Positions 9,624 to 19,409 are shown, counted from the stretch's first letter. The stretch is DNA of 64,000 nucleotides from Gammaproteobacteria bacterium (GCA_035513215.1 DATKCK010000005.1:45733-109732), one strand, 5' to 3'. The notes: generated by a model not told the origin, from the letters alone. Program-made: numbers and translations.

Positions 9624-11347
9624 AGGTCCGGCCCCAGGCTGATGTGCAGTCGCAAGTCTCGATCGAGACCATCGAGCGGCCGCGCGATGTCCATGCGTAT
9701 CGGGCCGAGCGGCGACAGCCAGCGCGCGCCGATTCCGAAGCCGGCGATGGCATCGACGTCGGTCCCGTGAAACGCATTGCCGGTGTCGTAGAAGGTCGCG
9801 ACAGACCACCGTTCCTTGACCCGATACTCGTACTCGGCACTGCCGACGAGAAGCCGGTCGCCACCGACGACTGCGCCATTGGCATCGACCGGCCCCTGCG
9901 AGCGGAACTCGTAGCCGCGGATGCTGCTGTCGCCGCCGGCGAAGTATCGTGCCGACGGAGGCAGAGCCTGGAAGTCGCTGTTCCAGGTTGCCGCTGCGCG
10001 GATGCGGGTCAGCACGCGGGCCTTGTCGCCGAGCGATCGAATCCAACGGGTCTCCGCGATGGTCTGAACGAAGCTGGTATCCGAGACGAGCCGCTCCGAC
10101 GACACCGAGATCTCGAACAAGTAGCGATCGCCCCGCTGCGGCCGGATCGTGTTGTCGGCGCGCACGCGCAACCAGCCGATTCCGGGCTGCAGCAGAGTCG
10201 TGCTGCCGGCTTCCTCGGCAATCTCGAAGTCCTCGACGAGAAAATTCATGAACTGAGTCTCCTGCCAGTCGCCCCATCGCGTGACGGTTCTTCTGGCGCC
10301 GAGCTCGATACGTTCACTCTCGATCGTCTCGCTGTCTTCGCGCAGAAGACCTGCATCGAAACTGATCCACTCGGATCTCGGGTCGCCGTGAGGAAAGCGA
10401 TATCCGATCCAGAGCTCGGAGAGCACGGGAGACAGCTCGATATTCGTGTTGAGCTGGGCACCTCTCGCATTGAGCCTTCGGTTGTTTCTAGAGATTCGAA
10501 GTCGTGGGCCGGTGTCCGTCGAATATCCGCCGCCGTAACTCAGAATCTTCGGCTGGCCGGGCGTGAGCTCGATCTGGACGGGGATTTCACGGCGTTCCGG
10601 GTCCGGGGTCAGCGGCCTGATGTCGATGAGGCCGAAATAGCCGCTGTCGATCAGCGCGGAGTAAAGGCTCGTCAGCTCATCCCGATCGAAAGGATCGCCG
10701 CGTTCGAATTCGACGAATCGCCGCACGAGCTCGTCATTGAGAAAATCCTGACCGATGACGATCTCGCCGAAGGCATATCGGGCGCCGGACTCGAGCTCGA
10801 GCACGATGTCGGCTGCAAGCTCATCCGGATAGACGTCGACGCGGCTCTCGGTAAACTCGGCATCGGCATATCCCTTTCGTTGGGTGAGCGCGGTGAGCTC
10901 GGACTTCAGGCTCTCGTACTCGGCGTGGCCTAGCTGCTGCCCGGCGGCGATCGCTGATTCCGCCAGCAGGGACTCGAACTCGGGGTCGTCCGCCGCTTCG
11001 CCGCGAATGTTCAGCGTGATATCGCGAAGCAGGACCGGCGGCCCGGGCTCGACGTCGATGCGAGCGACCCAGCAATCGGAACCTTGCTCGATCTCCGAGT
11101 CGATTCGAGCGGAGTAATGACCGTTGGCTTGAAGCGCGATCCTGACCTCAGCGGCTGCACGCTGATGCAGCGTATCGATTCGCCAGCCGGGAGCGTCGCA
11201 GGGCTCGCCGCTCAGGCTGACCGCGGAACGCACGGCCGCCTCGAGCTCCTCGTCGAGGCCGCCGATTTCGACCGCGGCGAGCGCCGCAGGGCATCCCAGG
11301 AGCCCTGCGACCAGAGGCAAAGCCTGCTTAAAATCAGATATCGTCAC
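9620..11347 (-). CDS. tamA: Omp85-family outer-membrane protein TamA
   Basis: Signal peptide MTISDFKQALPLVAGLLGCPAALA, POTRA-like N-terminal repeats, and an Omp85 barrel motif ARYFAGGDSSIRGYEF. Immediately upstream of tamB. Confidence 0.85.
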   Translation of the reverse strand: MTISDFKQALPLVAGLLGCPAALAAVEIGGLDEELEAAVRSAVSLSGEPCDAPGWRIDTLHQRAAAEVRIALQANGHYSARIDSEIEQGSDCWVARIDVEPGPPVLLRDITLNIRGEAADDPEFESLLAESAIAAGQQLGHAEYESLKSELTALTQRKGYADAEFTESRVDVYPDELAADIVLELESGARYAFGEIVIGQDFLNDELVRRFVEFERGDPFDRDELTSLYSALIDSGYFGLIDIRPLTPDPERREIPVQIELTPGQPKILSYGGGYSTDTGPRLRISRNNRRLNARGAQLNTNIELSPVLSELWIGYRFPHGDPRSEWISFDAGLLREDSETIESERIELGARRTVTRWGDWQETQFMNFLVEDFEIAEEAGSTTLLQPGIGWLRVRADNTIRPQRGDRYLFEISVSSERLVSDTSFVQTIAETRWIRSLGDKARVLTRIRAAATWNSDFQALPPSARYFAGGDSSIRGYEFRSQGPVDANGAVVGGDRLLVGSAEYEYRVKERWSVATFYDTGNAFHGTDVDAIAGFGIGARWLSPLGPIRMDIARPLDGLDRDLRLHISLGPDL

Positions 11348-11477
11348 GGGACCGATGATAGTTCGCTGTCGATATCAGCAGCAAAGCAAGCGCCGTGACG
11401 GTCCCCGGTACCGGCCAGCGTGCCGGCGGACTAATACGCCTGGATATGTGTCAACGAGAGATCAGTCGTTCGGGGCT

Positions 11478-11717
11478 TCAGAGCGCCGACCTTCCGTCGT
11501 CCCAGTCGTCCCAGTCCTGGAGGTGGCTGCGAAGCCATTTGGCTTCCTGAAAATCCTCGATTCGCTGGCGGTTCGAGAGGTTGCTGCGTTTCTTGCGATG
11601 GCGACGGCCCGCCTCGTCGACCACGGAATCCGCTGCATCGTGAAGGTCGAAGCCCGGCTCCGCGAACTGATCGGACTCGTCGAACGAGTCGTCTGAGTAT
11701 TCTCTGTCCTTGATCAT
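11478..11717 (-). CDS. Small acidic protein (79 aa) with a central basic patch, unknown function
   Basis: ATG at 11717. MIKDREYSDDSFDESDQFAEPGFDL...RRHRKKRSNLSNRQRIEDFQEAKWLRSHLQDWDDWDD. The pattern resembles small gammaproteobacterial DUF proteins. The longer ORF-track version (199 aa) has an Arg/Gly-rich, improbable N-terminus. Confidence 0.5.
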   Translation of the reverse strand: MIKDREYSDDSFDESDQFAEPGFDLHDAADSVVDEAGRRHRKKRSNLSNRQRIEDFQEAKWLRSHLQDWDDWDDGRSAL

Positions 11718-11894
11718 GCCTTGGCCCTCCGGGCCGACGTTGACGGGCGCTAACGGCGCTCGATCGTGCCGAGCGAAATATAGGCGATTTTGCAAGCCTG
11801 TCAACGCAAAAATACATTTTAAAAACATATAGTTAACTCGGGCTGACGCGGCGTTTCGGAATGCCCCTGCCCGGCGCTGGTTTCGTGCGTATGA

Positions 11895-12935
11895 TTGGCG
11901 CGCATGACACGGGACTACACCATGCGGATTGGCGGGCGCGAAGTCGCGCCCGGCGAGCGGGCGATCGTCGACCTGCCCGTCGCGGATCTTTACACTCACA
12001 CGCGGTTGACCATGCCCGTTCATGTCGTCAACGGCCGCCGGCCGGGACCGACGTTGTTCATCACCGGTGCCTTGCACGGCGACGAGCTCAATGGCGTCGA
12101 GATCGTCAAGCGCGTCCTCGGCGGTCCCGCGCTGCAGCGCCTGCGGGGCTGCCTGCTGGCGGCCCCGATCGTCAACGTGTTCGGCTTCATCAACCGGTCA
12201 CGTTATCTGCCGGACCGGCGCGACCTGAACCGGTCGTTCCCCGGCCGCGAGAAGGGCTCGATTGCGGCCAGGCTCGCCTATCTCGTCGCTCGGGAAATCG
12301 TCGCCAACTCCGATTTCGGCATCGACCTGCATACCGGCGCCGTCGACCGCGCGAACCTGCCGCAGATCCGGGCCAACCTCGACGACCCGGAAGTCGTGCG
12401 GCTCGCCGAGACCTTCGGCACGCCAGTGATAATCGACGCCAACGCACGCGACGGCACGCTTCGGCAGTTCGCGGCCGAAAAAGGTGTTCGCGTGCTCGTG
12501 TACGAAGGCGGCGAAGCGCTCAGGTTCGACGAGCTGTCGATCCGGGCCGGAGTGCGCGGCATCAGCCGCGTGCTGCGCGCGCTCGACATGCTGCCGCAGC
12601 GTACTGGAAAATCGAGCACGAGAATCGCGCCGATGCGGGCGAACGCGACGACCTGGATCAGAGCGCCTTCGAGCGGCATCATCAGAACGGAGTGCCGTCT
12701 CGGCGAGCGCGTGCGGGCGGGGCAGGTGCTCGGCGTGGTCTCGGATCCCTTCGGGGAGGTCGAGCTCGAGGTACCGGCGTCCGGATCGGGAATTGTCATC
12801 GGCCGCAGCACCTCACCGCTGACTCATGAAGGCGATGCCTTGTTCCATATCGCGCGATTCGAGGACAACAAGGAAGCCAAGGCAACGGTGGACGAATTCC
12901 AGGAGGCCCATTCCGTGCCGCCCACGTGGGGTTAG
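11895..12935 (+). CDS. Succinylglutamate desuccinylase/aspartoacylase-family zinc hydrolase (M14-like)
   Basis: Motifs ITGALHGDELNG, DLNRSFPG, FGIDLHTGA. The start could instead be the ATG at 11904. Confidence 0.8.
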   Translation: MARMTRDYTMRIGGREVAPGERAIVDLPVADLYTHTRLTMPVHVVNGRRPGPTLFITGALHGDELNGVEIVKRVLGGPALQRLRGCLLAAPIVNVFGFINRSRYLPDRRDLNRSFPGREKGSIAARLAYLVAREIVANSDFGIDLHTGAVDRANLPQIRANLDDPEVVRLAETFGTPVIIDANARDGTLRQFAAEKGVRVLVYEGGEALRFDELSIRAGVRGISRVLRALDMLPQRTGKSSTRIAPMRANATTWIRAPSSGIIRTECRLGERVRAGQVLGVVSDPFGEVELEVPASGSGIVIGRSTSPLTHEGDALFHIARFEDNKEAKATVDEFQEAHSVPPTWG

Positions 12936-12941
12936 GAGGCG

Positions 12942-13412
12942 ATGGCGGGCCCAGATGACTCCCTGGTGATGCTCGGTTGGCGCGAGTGGGCAGCCTTGCC
13001 GGAGCTCGGACTCGCCCGGATCAAGGCGAAGGTCGACACCGGAGCGCGAACGTCGGCCCTGCACGCGTTCGAGGTCGAGCCCTTCCAGCGCGACGGCGCC
13101 GCGTGGGTCCGATTCAGAATTCACCCGCGGCAGTATCGAACCGATATCGAGGTGACCTGTGAATGGCCGGTCAAGGATCGGCGGATCGTCACCGATTCGG
13201 GCGGGCACAAGGAAGAGCGCTTCGTGATCGAAACGGCGCTTCGATTGCGCGAGCAGGAATGGCCGGTCGAGCTGACGCTGACTGCGCGTGACGATATGCG
13301 ATTTCGTATGCTGCTGGGCCGAACCGCCATCGGGGGCCGGGCGATCGTCGATCCCGCGCGCTCGTACCTGACCAAAGCGCCCAAACGATCGAAACACGGG
13401 AGTGGTGAATGA
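12942..13412 (+). CDS. Retropepsin-like protein usually annotated ATP-dependent zinc protease (RimB-like, DUF785)
   Basis: [13 protein letters not shown] (a DTGA-type motif). Conserved position immediately upstream of rimK, with an ATGA overlap at 13409-13412. Confidence 0.8.
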   Translation: MAGPDDSLVMLGWREWAALPELGLARIKAKVDTGARTSALHAFEVEPFQRDGAAWVRFRIHPRQYRTDIEVTCEWPVKDRRIVTDSGGHKEERFVIETALRLREQEWPVELTLTARDDMRFRMLLGRTAIGGRAIVDPARSYLTKAPKRSKHGSGE

Positions 13413-14314
13413 AGATCGGAATCCTGTCGCGCAACAGAAAGCTGTATTCGACGAGGCGCCTGGTTGAGGCCGCCAGGGAGAGGGGTCACGAGGTTGTCGT
13501 GATCAACCCGTTGCGCTGCTACATGAACATCGTAAGCTTCAAGCCCAGCATCCATTACGACGGAAGGGCGCTTGAGCCGATCGATGCCGTCATTCCGAGA
13601 ATCGGCGCATCGATTACCTTCTACGGCACGGCCGTCGTGCGCCAGTTCGAGATGATGGGTGTTTTCTCGCTGAACGAGTCGGTCGCCATCTCGCGCTCTC
13701 GCGACAAGCTGCGATCCTTGCAGCTGCTTGCCCGCAAGGGAATCGGCCTGCCCGTCACCGGTTTCGCCCATTCGCCCGCCGACACCGAGGACCTGCTCGA
13801 TGTCGTCGGCGGGGCTCCCGTCGTCGTCAAGCTGCTCGAGGGCACTCAGGGCAAGGGTGTCGTGCTGGCCGGGACCCGCAAGGCCGCCGAGAGCGTGGTC
13901 GAGGCGTTCAGGGGCTTGAAGGCCAGCGTTCTCGTCCAGGAGTTCATCGCCGAGGCGGGTGGGGCGGACATTCGCTGCTTCGTGATCGGCGAGCGCGTCG
14001 TCGCGTCGATGCAGCGGCAGGCGGCTGAGGGTGAGTTCCGGTCGAATCTTCATCGGGGCGGATCGGCCCAGCTCGTCAAGATCACGCCGGAAGAGCGCTC
14101 GACCGCCGTGCGCGCTGCCAAAATCATGGGCTTGAACGTGGCCGGCGTCGATATCCTGAGATCGAATCACGGACCGGTTGTCATGGAAGTGAACTCTTCG
14201 CCGGGACTCGAGGGCATCGAGAAGGCGACGGGCAAGGATGTCGCTGCGCAGATCATCGATTACATAGAGAAGAACGCGAAGCCCGGACGCACGAAGACGC
14301 GCGGGAAGGGTTAG
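13409..14314 (+). CDS. rimK: Ribosomal protein S6 L-glutamate ligase RimK (ATP-grasp)
   Basis: [41 protein letters not shown]... plus ATP-grasp blocks ([44 protein letters not shown]). Confidence 0.9.
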   Translation: MKIGILSRNRKLYSTRRLVEAARERGHEVVVINPLRCYMNIVSFKPSIHYDGRALEPIDAVIPRIGASITFYGTAVVRQFEMMGVFSLNESVAISRSRDKLRSLQLLARKGIGLPVTGFAHSPADTEDLLDVVGGAPVVVKLLEGTQGKGVVLAGTRKAAESVVEAFRGLKASVLVQEFIAEAGGADIRCFVIGERVVASMQRQAAEGEFRSNLHRGGSAQLVKITPEERSTAVRAAKIMGLNVAGVDILRSNHGPVVMEVNSSPGLEGIEKATGKDVAAQIIDYIEKNAKPGRTKTRGKG

Positions 14315-14383
14315 CTTCGCGCGTCTTCAGATCCGCACGAAGGCGCAGACAAACGGCGACTCTTCGGCGGACATGCGAAACGG

Positions 14384-15268
14384 CTACGGCGCCTGCTCGC
14401 CGTTGACGATCTGAATCCTGAGCGGATCGCCGCTGTCCAGGTGAACGTCGCGTTGCGGAAACGCAATGACGATTCCGTGCTCGTCGAACAGATCCGAGAT
14501 TCGGTATCGAATGTCGCTGCGAATCTGTCTGAGCTCGCGTTCACCGCCGACCTCGCTCCAGAAGTAGGCATCGAAGATCAGCGCATTGTCGCCGAAATCG
14601 TCGAGTATCACTTTCGGTGCCGGTTCCTTGTCGACGGCCGGGTGCTCTTCGACCGCCTGTTGAATCAGCCGCTCGACGTCTCGCACGGGAGAACCGTAGG
14701 CGACGCCGACCTTCACGACCGTGCGGACCCTGCGGTCGATCAGGGTCCAGTTGATGACGGTGTTCTCGAGAATCTTGCTGTTCGGCACGAGCATGTGAAC
14801 GCCGTCGACGCGCCGAATTCTGGTCGATCGGTTGCCTATCATTTCGACCGTGCCCGATGCGCCTTCGATCTCGACGAAGTCGCCGATCTTCACCGGACGT
14901 TCCGACATCAGGATCCAGCCGCTGATGAAATTGTTGATGATGTTCTGGGCGCCGAAGCCGACGCCGATAGCCACGGCGCCCGATACGAACGCAAATGCCG
15001 TCAGCGGGACGTGCAGGAACGCGAGAGCGGTGACGACGAGAATGACGAGCAGGGCGTAGTAAATGAGCCTCCGTATCAGCGCAGCGGCATCGGGCTGAAT
15101 ATGCGTTCTCGCGATGCGTCTGGCGGCGAGCCGCTCGATCCACCGGCTTGCGAACAGGCCGACCGTCAGGAGGACGAGCACGAGCACGACCTGGCCGACG
15201 GTGATCGCGCCGCCCTCGTTCAGCTCGATGAGTTGATAGTTCCAGACACCGAGGAAGGTCTCCCACAT
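14384..15268 (-). CDS. Mechanosensitive ion channel (MscS family)
   Basis: N-terminal TM helices followed by the conserved block GAQNIINNFISGWILMSERPVKIGDFVEIEGASGTVEMIGNRSTRIRRVDGVHMLVPNSKIL. Confidence 0.85.
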   Translation of the reverse strand: MWETFLGVWNYQLIELNEGGAITVGQVVLVLVLLTVGLFASRWIERLAARRIARTHIQPDAAALIRRLIYYALLVILVVTALAFLHVPLTAFAFVSGAVAIGVGFGAQNIINNFISGWILMSERPVKIGDFVEIEGASGTVEMIGNRSTRIRRVDGVHMLVPNSKILENTVINWTLIDRRVRTVVKVGVAYGSPVRDVERLIQQAVEEHPAVDKEPAPKVILDDFGDNALIFDAYFWSEVGGERELRQIRSDIRYRISDLFDEHGIVIAFPQRDVHLDSGDPLRIQIVNGEQAP

Positions 15269-15318
15269 GGCGCAATCATACTATCGTTGCGTTTTGCCGG
15301 GGCGCGGCGGTCGACGGA

Positions 15319-15805
15319 TCAGGTTGCCGCTGATTCGTTCTCGCCGCTGCCTATCCACCGGTTCATGAGCTTGCTTGCGACGAGGTCGCCGGCAACGTTG
15401 ATCGATGTTCGGCTCATGTCGAGGATTCGATCGACGCCCATCAGCAAGGCCGCGCCCTCGGCAGGGATGCCGACCGTCGTCAGCACCATCGCGAGAATGA
15501 CGATGCCGACCCCCGGCGTTGCCGGCGAACCGATCGATGCGCCGACGGCGATGACGACGATCAGCGTGAGCCCGCCGATGCCGATATCGACACCGTAGAC
15601 CTGCGCGAGAAACACGGCGGCGACGCCCTGATAGGGCGCCGCCGTTCATGTTGATCGTGGCGCCGAGCGGAATGACGAACTGGGCGACCGAGGTGCGAAC
15701 GCCGAGCTGCTCCTCGGCCGTCTTGATCGACAAGGGCATGACGGCGGCCGAGCTCGATGTCGAGAACGCGAGCAGCAGCGGCGCGAGACCGAGGGCTATT
15801 GCGGC
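15319..15805 (-). pseudogene. Remnant of a dicarboxylate/amino acid:cation symporter (DAACS/GltP-DctA family): 5'-truncated and frameshifted
   Basis: Two frames carry consecutive family blocks. The first is ...LLLAFSTSSSAAVMPLSIKTAEEQLGV..VAQFVIPLGATINMNGGAL. The second is (A)VFLAQVYGVDIGIGGLTLIVVIAVGASIGSPATPGVGIVILAMVLTTVGIPAEGAALLMGVDRILDMSRTSINVAGDLVA. Restoring one nt near 15630-15633 (gccct-atcagggc) would give the expected ...GALYQGVAAVFLAQ. No N-terminal half exists: the remnant abuts the stop of the upstream gene at 15796. Confidence 0.7.
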
Positions 15806-16380
15806 TGGCGCAGCCCCGGACCGGGACCGGGGTTGACGACCGGATTCTCGAGTCCGCCGACCCACTCTTCGACCTGCTCGTTGTAGATCTTACGCAGGCT
15901 GAACAGCCATTCGCCGTCGACCTTGACGAGCTCGTCCTCGTAATGGCCGAAGGAGTTCAATTGGGCGGCACGATCCGGATTGTCGTTGCCCATATGGAAC
16001 CAGTTGGCCGTGTCCGTTGCGCGATCGCCGTCGATCTCGATCACGATGTTCGTGATGTTGTGGCGTCCGGCGGCCGGCCTCAAGCCTGACGTATCCTCGG
16101 CGCGTTGCTCCGCCGCGCTCTCGCGCATGCCCCTGACCATTGCCGCGATCGCTTCGCGTCCGCGAATCTTGCCGGCTCCGTAGTCGAGCACTCCGTCCTC
16201 CGTGAAAGTCGCTGCGTACGCTTCCGGATCGCGAAAGTCGAGCGCGAACATATAGCGCGCCTGAAGATCCTCGATCTCGGCCCTATCCTCGGCGTAGGTA
16301 TCGGCTGCGGCCGGGCCCGCCGCGAGCGCAAGGGATCCGAGCATCGCAGCGCTGCTTCGCCAGTTCGTCGTTGATCTCAT
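15796..16380 (-). CDS. Exported SnoaL-like / NTF2-fold protein
   Basis: Signal peptide MRSTTNWRSSAAMLGSLALAAGPAAA, then DRAEIEDLQARYMFALDFRDPEAYAATFTEDGVLDY...GREAI..., typical of SnoaL_4-type NTF2 domains. The ATG at 16380 was chosen over the ORF-track start at 16413. Confidence 0.65.
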   Translation of the reverse strand: MRSTTNWRSSAAMLGSLALAAGPAAADTYAEDRAEIEDLQARYMFALDFRDPEAYAATFTEDGVLDYGAGKIRGREAIAAMVRGMRESAAEQRAEDTSGLRPAAGRHNITNIVIEIDGDRATDTANWFHMGNDNPDRAAQLNSFGHYEDELVKVDGEWLFSLRKIYNEQVEEWVGGLENPVVNPGPGPGLRQPQ

Positions 16381-16478
16381 TGTCGTTCCCCCGAACATTC
16401 GTCGAAAGCTCATGATAGTTTCGCGATCGGCCGTCGAGCAACGCCGGCAGCAGTGCTTCTACGAGACGATTCCGATCG

Positions 16479-16958
16479 TCATTCGACGGCGCAGTCGCCG
16501 AGGTACATTTCCGGTCGCGATGTGAAGCCCGGAAGGCGAACCCGAGTGTACTCGTGACGCGTGTGCACGGCCTTGAGGCGCCCTTCGGTCGTGGCCTCCG
16601 CCAGAATCGTCGTCAGATACAGGGGGCCCGAGTTCAGCGTCTGCATGAAATGCAGGTAACCTTCGGCGTAACGGACAACGATATAGGACGCTCCGAAGCG
16701 GCCCTCGGCCTCTGCCGTGCCCGACTCGACGTCGATATCGAAAAACAACGCCGTGAACTCCACGGGCTCGGCGCTGAATTCCGTCGTGTCGGCGTTCCAG
16801 TCGCCGGTGGCAAGCTGCGAAAAGCGGCAGTCGACGCGCACGGCGTTCCGGAGGCGATCCTGAAGCTCCCTGTTCTGCGCGGAGGCGGAAGCCGGCAACG
16901 CCGCCGAGGCCAAAGCGGCGATCAGCATCGCTGGAATCGGCTTCATCATGGCTGGCAT
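16479..16958 (-). CDS. Exported hypothetical protein (159 aa)
   Basis: Signal peptide MKPIPAMLIAALASAALPASASA and beta-rich mature part. No motif I recognise. Confidence 0.5.
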   Translation of the reverse strand: MPAMMKPIPAMLIAALASAALPASASAQNRELQDRLRNAVRVDCRFSQLATGDWNADTTEFSAEPVEFTALFFDIDVESGTAEAEGRFGASYIVVRYAEGYLHFMQTLNSGPLYLTTILAEATTEGRLKAVHTRHEYTRVRLPGFTSRPEMYLGDCAVE

Positions 16959-17057
16959 TCTGGCACGAACCGCATCGTTTCACTATCGAGCGGCCCGGTT
17001 TGACCGGCCCTCGCTCTCGCACGGATAATCCGGGGCGCCATTCGGGGGTTCTTTCGA

Positions 17058-17582
17058 TTGAAGAGATTCCTATCGATTCTATGCGCCATCGTCGCGCCAG
17101 CGCTGATCGCCGGCGCGCAGCCGATGGCCGGCGCGCCGTTCGAGGAGCAACTCAAGCATCTGTTCCCCGAGGCGGTCAGCTTTTCGGAGAAGGATGGCAC
17201 GCCGCCGCATTACAAGGCGTACGGACCGCCGCAAGACGGGGGCGAGCCCGAGCTGCTCGGTCTCGTGTTCTGGACGACCGAGCTCGATCCGCTCGAGCGG
17301 GGGTACGACGGGCCGATCCAGTTGCTCGTCGGCATGGATACGAGGGGCATTCTCACGCGGGTCATCGTGACCGATCACCGGGAACCGTACGGGTATTTCT
17401 CCGTCGAGCTGCCCGAGTTTGCCGAGCAATTCGAAGGCAAGAACATCCGGGATCGTTTTCGCTACGGCGAGGATATCGATGCGATCTCCCGCGCGACGGT
17501 AACCGTCGTGAGCGCGAGCCGTGCCGTGCGCAACAGCGCGAGGCGCGCGGCGACGGCGCATCTGGCGCCGCCGGCACAATGA
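17058..17582 (+). CDS. Periplasmic FMN-binding-domain protein (NosR N-terminal-domain-like)
   Basis: Signal peptide MKRFLSILCAIVAPALIAGA. FMN_bind-type core GYDGPIQLLVGMDTRGILTRVIVTDHREPYG... ending in DAISRATVTVVS (flavinylation-type S/T motif). Confidence 0.75.
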   Translation: MKRFLSILCAIVAPALIAGAQPMAGAPFEEQLKHLFPEAVSFSEKDGTPPHYKAYGPPQDGGEPELLGLVFWTTELDPLERGYDGPIQLLVGMDTRGILTRVIVTDHREPYGYFSVELPEFAEQFEGKNIRDRFRYGEDIDAISRATVTVVSASRAVRNSARRAATAHLAPPAQ

Positions 17583-18550
17583 GCTTCGCGGGACGCCACG
17601 GCACCGGCCTCGGGAGCGGACCCGGCGCAACGCTGGGCGTGCTCGGTGCGGCGCTTTCTGTCGATGCGATGGCGCAGGAATCTCCGGATGCGTCCGAGTC
17701 ATGGAACTTCGATGACTTCGAAGACGCCGATCCGACACTGCTCGAGCTCGCCGTCGCCCAGGCGCCGGACATGTTGCTCTTCGCCGCGTTCGCGACACTC
17801 GTGATGGTCAGCTTCCTGCGCAAGAGCGTGCCGCTCAAATACGCGACGCTCGTCTTCGCGGTAGTCTACCTCGGTTTCTACAAGAGTCATCTCCTGTCGA
17901 TCACCAACGTCCTGGGATCGTTGACGGGCACTTTTCCGCTGCACGCCGAGAGCCTCGGCTTCTCGGCGCTCGTCGTCTTCGGCGTGGTCACGACGATTCT
18001 CTGGGGTCGCGTCTACTGCGGCAGAGTCTGCGCCTTCGGCGCGCTGACGCAGCTCATCGATGCCGTCGTCCCGAAGCGATTCCAGATCGAGATCTCACCG
18101 GCGCTCGAGCACCGCGCGGGCTATATCAAGTACGTCATCCTGTTCGGGGCGATCGGCTATTACCTGCTGACGCACGAGAACGCGTTTTATCGGTACATCG
18201 AACCCTTCTGGATGTTCTCGTTCGAGGCGGGCGCCGTGCTCTGGGTCGGTCTCGGCATCCTGCTCGTTGCCAGCGTCTTCGTCCGCAATCTGTACTGCCG
18301 CTTCCTGTGTCCGCTCGGCGCCGCGCTCGGGCTCGTCTCGGCGCTGTCGATCTTCAAGATCAAGCGATGGTCGGAGTGCAGCACGTGCAAGCTTTGCGAG
18401 AACGCTTGCGAATGGGGCGCCATTCGCAATCGCAAGATCATCATGCCGGAGTGCGTGCGTTGCGACGATTGCGAGATTCTGTACGCAAGCAAGACCAGGT
18501 GCCCGCACTGGTTGCTCGATGCAAAGAAGAAACGCCTTCGCACTTCTTGA
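17579..18550 (+). CDS. Polytopic membrane 4Fe-4S protein (NosR/NapH C-terminal-half-like)
   Basis: ATG at 17579 overlaps the upstream TGA (ATGA). Several TM helices. CX3C motifs YCGRVCAFG and YCRFLCPLG. Ferredoxin-type clusters CSTCKLCENAC and CVRCDDCEILY..C. The ORF-track N-terminal extension (from 17000) overlaps the FMN-binding gene in another frame. Confidence 0.75.
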   Translation: MSFAGRHGTGLGSGPGATLGVLGAALSVDAMAQESPDASESWNFDDFEDADPTLLELAVAQAPDMLLFAAFATLVMVSFLRKSVPLKYATLVFAVVYLGFYKSHLLSITNVLGSLTGTFPLHAESLGFSALVVFGVVTTILWGRVYCGRVCAFGALTQLIDAVVPKRFQIEISPALEHRAGYIKYVILFGAIGYYLLTHENAFYRYIEPFWMFSFEAGAVLWVGLGILLVASVFVRNLYCRFLCPLGAALGLVSALSIFKIKRWSECSTCKLCENACEWGAIRNRKIIMPECVRCDDCEILYASKTRCPHWLLDAKKKRLRTS

Positions 18551-18596
18551 TGTTGCGTGCGTTTCAAAAAGCGGACGAATGACGTAAGTTTCCGTA

Positions 18597-19409
18597 ATGT
18601 TACGGGACAGCTCAAGCTCGAGATCAGCCGGCTCGCCCGAGTGGCAGGCGATGCTCGGCCGGTTCGAGACGGTGGAGCTCGACCGGATCTCGGCGCTTGC
18701 GACCGACCACCGGATCGATACGAAGTTCATGCTTCGCGAGGAGGCGGCGTTCGACGTCGTCGCCGGGCTGCTCGGCCACTATCGCGTGCTCGATATCGAC
18801 GGGCGGCGATTCACGACCTATCGCACGCAGTACTTCGATACCGAGTCGCTCGCGCTCTACCGGTGTCATCACATCGGCGCTTGGGACCGCTACAAGGTCA
18901 GAACGCGCAGCTATTCGAACACGGGATTGTCGTTCGTCGAGGTCAAGCGCAGGTTGCGGCGCGGCGTGACGAGGAAGGTGCGTCAGCCGACCACGTACTT
19001 CGAGACGGCCCTGCGTCCCGCGTCGCGGGCGTTCGTCGACGTGCATTGCACGGTAGGCGCAGCTGGACTGGTCCCCGCGCTACTCAACAATTTCGATCGG
19101 ATCTGTCTCGTCAGCGAGACGGCTCCGGAACGCCTGACCATCGATCTCAATATCGAGTTCGAGGCGGATTCCGGGCCCGTTCGCCTGCCGGGGATTGCGG
19201 TGGCCGAGCTCAAGCAGCAAAGAAACGGTCACAATCCGAGGGACACCACCTTTCTTCGGGGAATGCGCGCGATCAATGCCCGCCCGACCGGCTTCAGCAA
19301 GTACTGCGTGGGCCTGCTGATGACCCGTCGCGGCATCAAGCACAATCTCTTCAAGCCGCAGCTCAGGAGGCTCGAGCATCTGATGGAGGAACGAAATGTC
19401 GTCTGCTGA
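18597..19409 (+). CDS. VTC-domain protein (polyphosphate-polymerase-like, CYTH/tunnel fold)
   Basis: RIDTKFML...YRVLDIDGRRFTTYRTQYFDTESLALYRCHHIGAWDRYKVRTRSYSNTGLSFVEVKRR matches the bacterial VTC-domain family as I know it. The start may instead be the internal MLGRFE (18651). Confidence 0.7.
   Translation: MLRDSSSSRSAGSPEWQAMLGRFETVELDRISALATDHRIDTKFMLREEAAFDVVAGLLGHYRVLDIDGRRFTTYRTQYFDTESLALYRCHHIGAWDRYKVRTRSYSNTGLSFVEVKRRLRRGVTRKVRQPTTYFETALRPASRAFVDVHCTVGAAGLVPALLNNFDRICLVSETAPERLTIDLNIEFEADSGPVRLPGIAVAELKQQRNGHNPRDTTFLRGMRAINARPTGFSKYCVGLLMTRRGIKHNLFKPQLRRLEHLMEERNVVC

Noticed and set aside
6195-10277. A 1360-aa version of tamB.
   Set aside because: The first 218 codons overlap tamA and have no TamB-like sequence. 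The signal-anchor begins at the GTG at 9623, which forms a GTGA junction with the tamA stop.
11783-11795. A sigma-54-like GG...GC element (aGGCgattTTGCAa) in the AT-rich divergent promoter region upstream of the rimK cluster.
   Set aside because: The GG-to-GC spacing is about three nt shorter than the -24/-12 consensus, so it does not fit.
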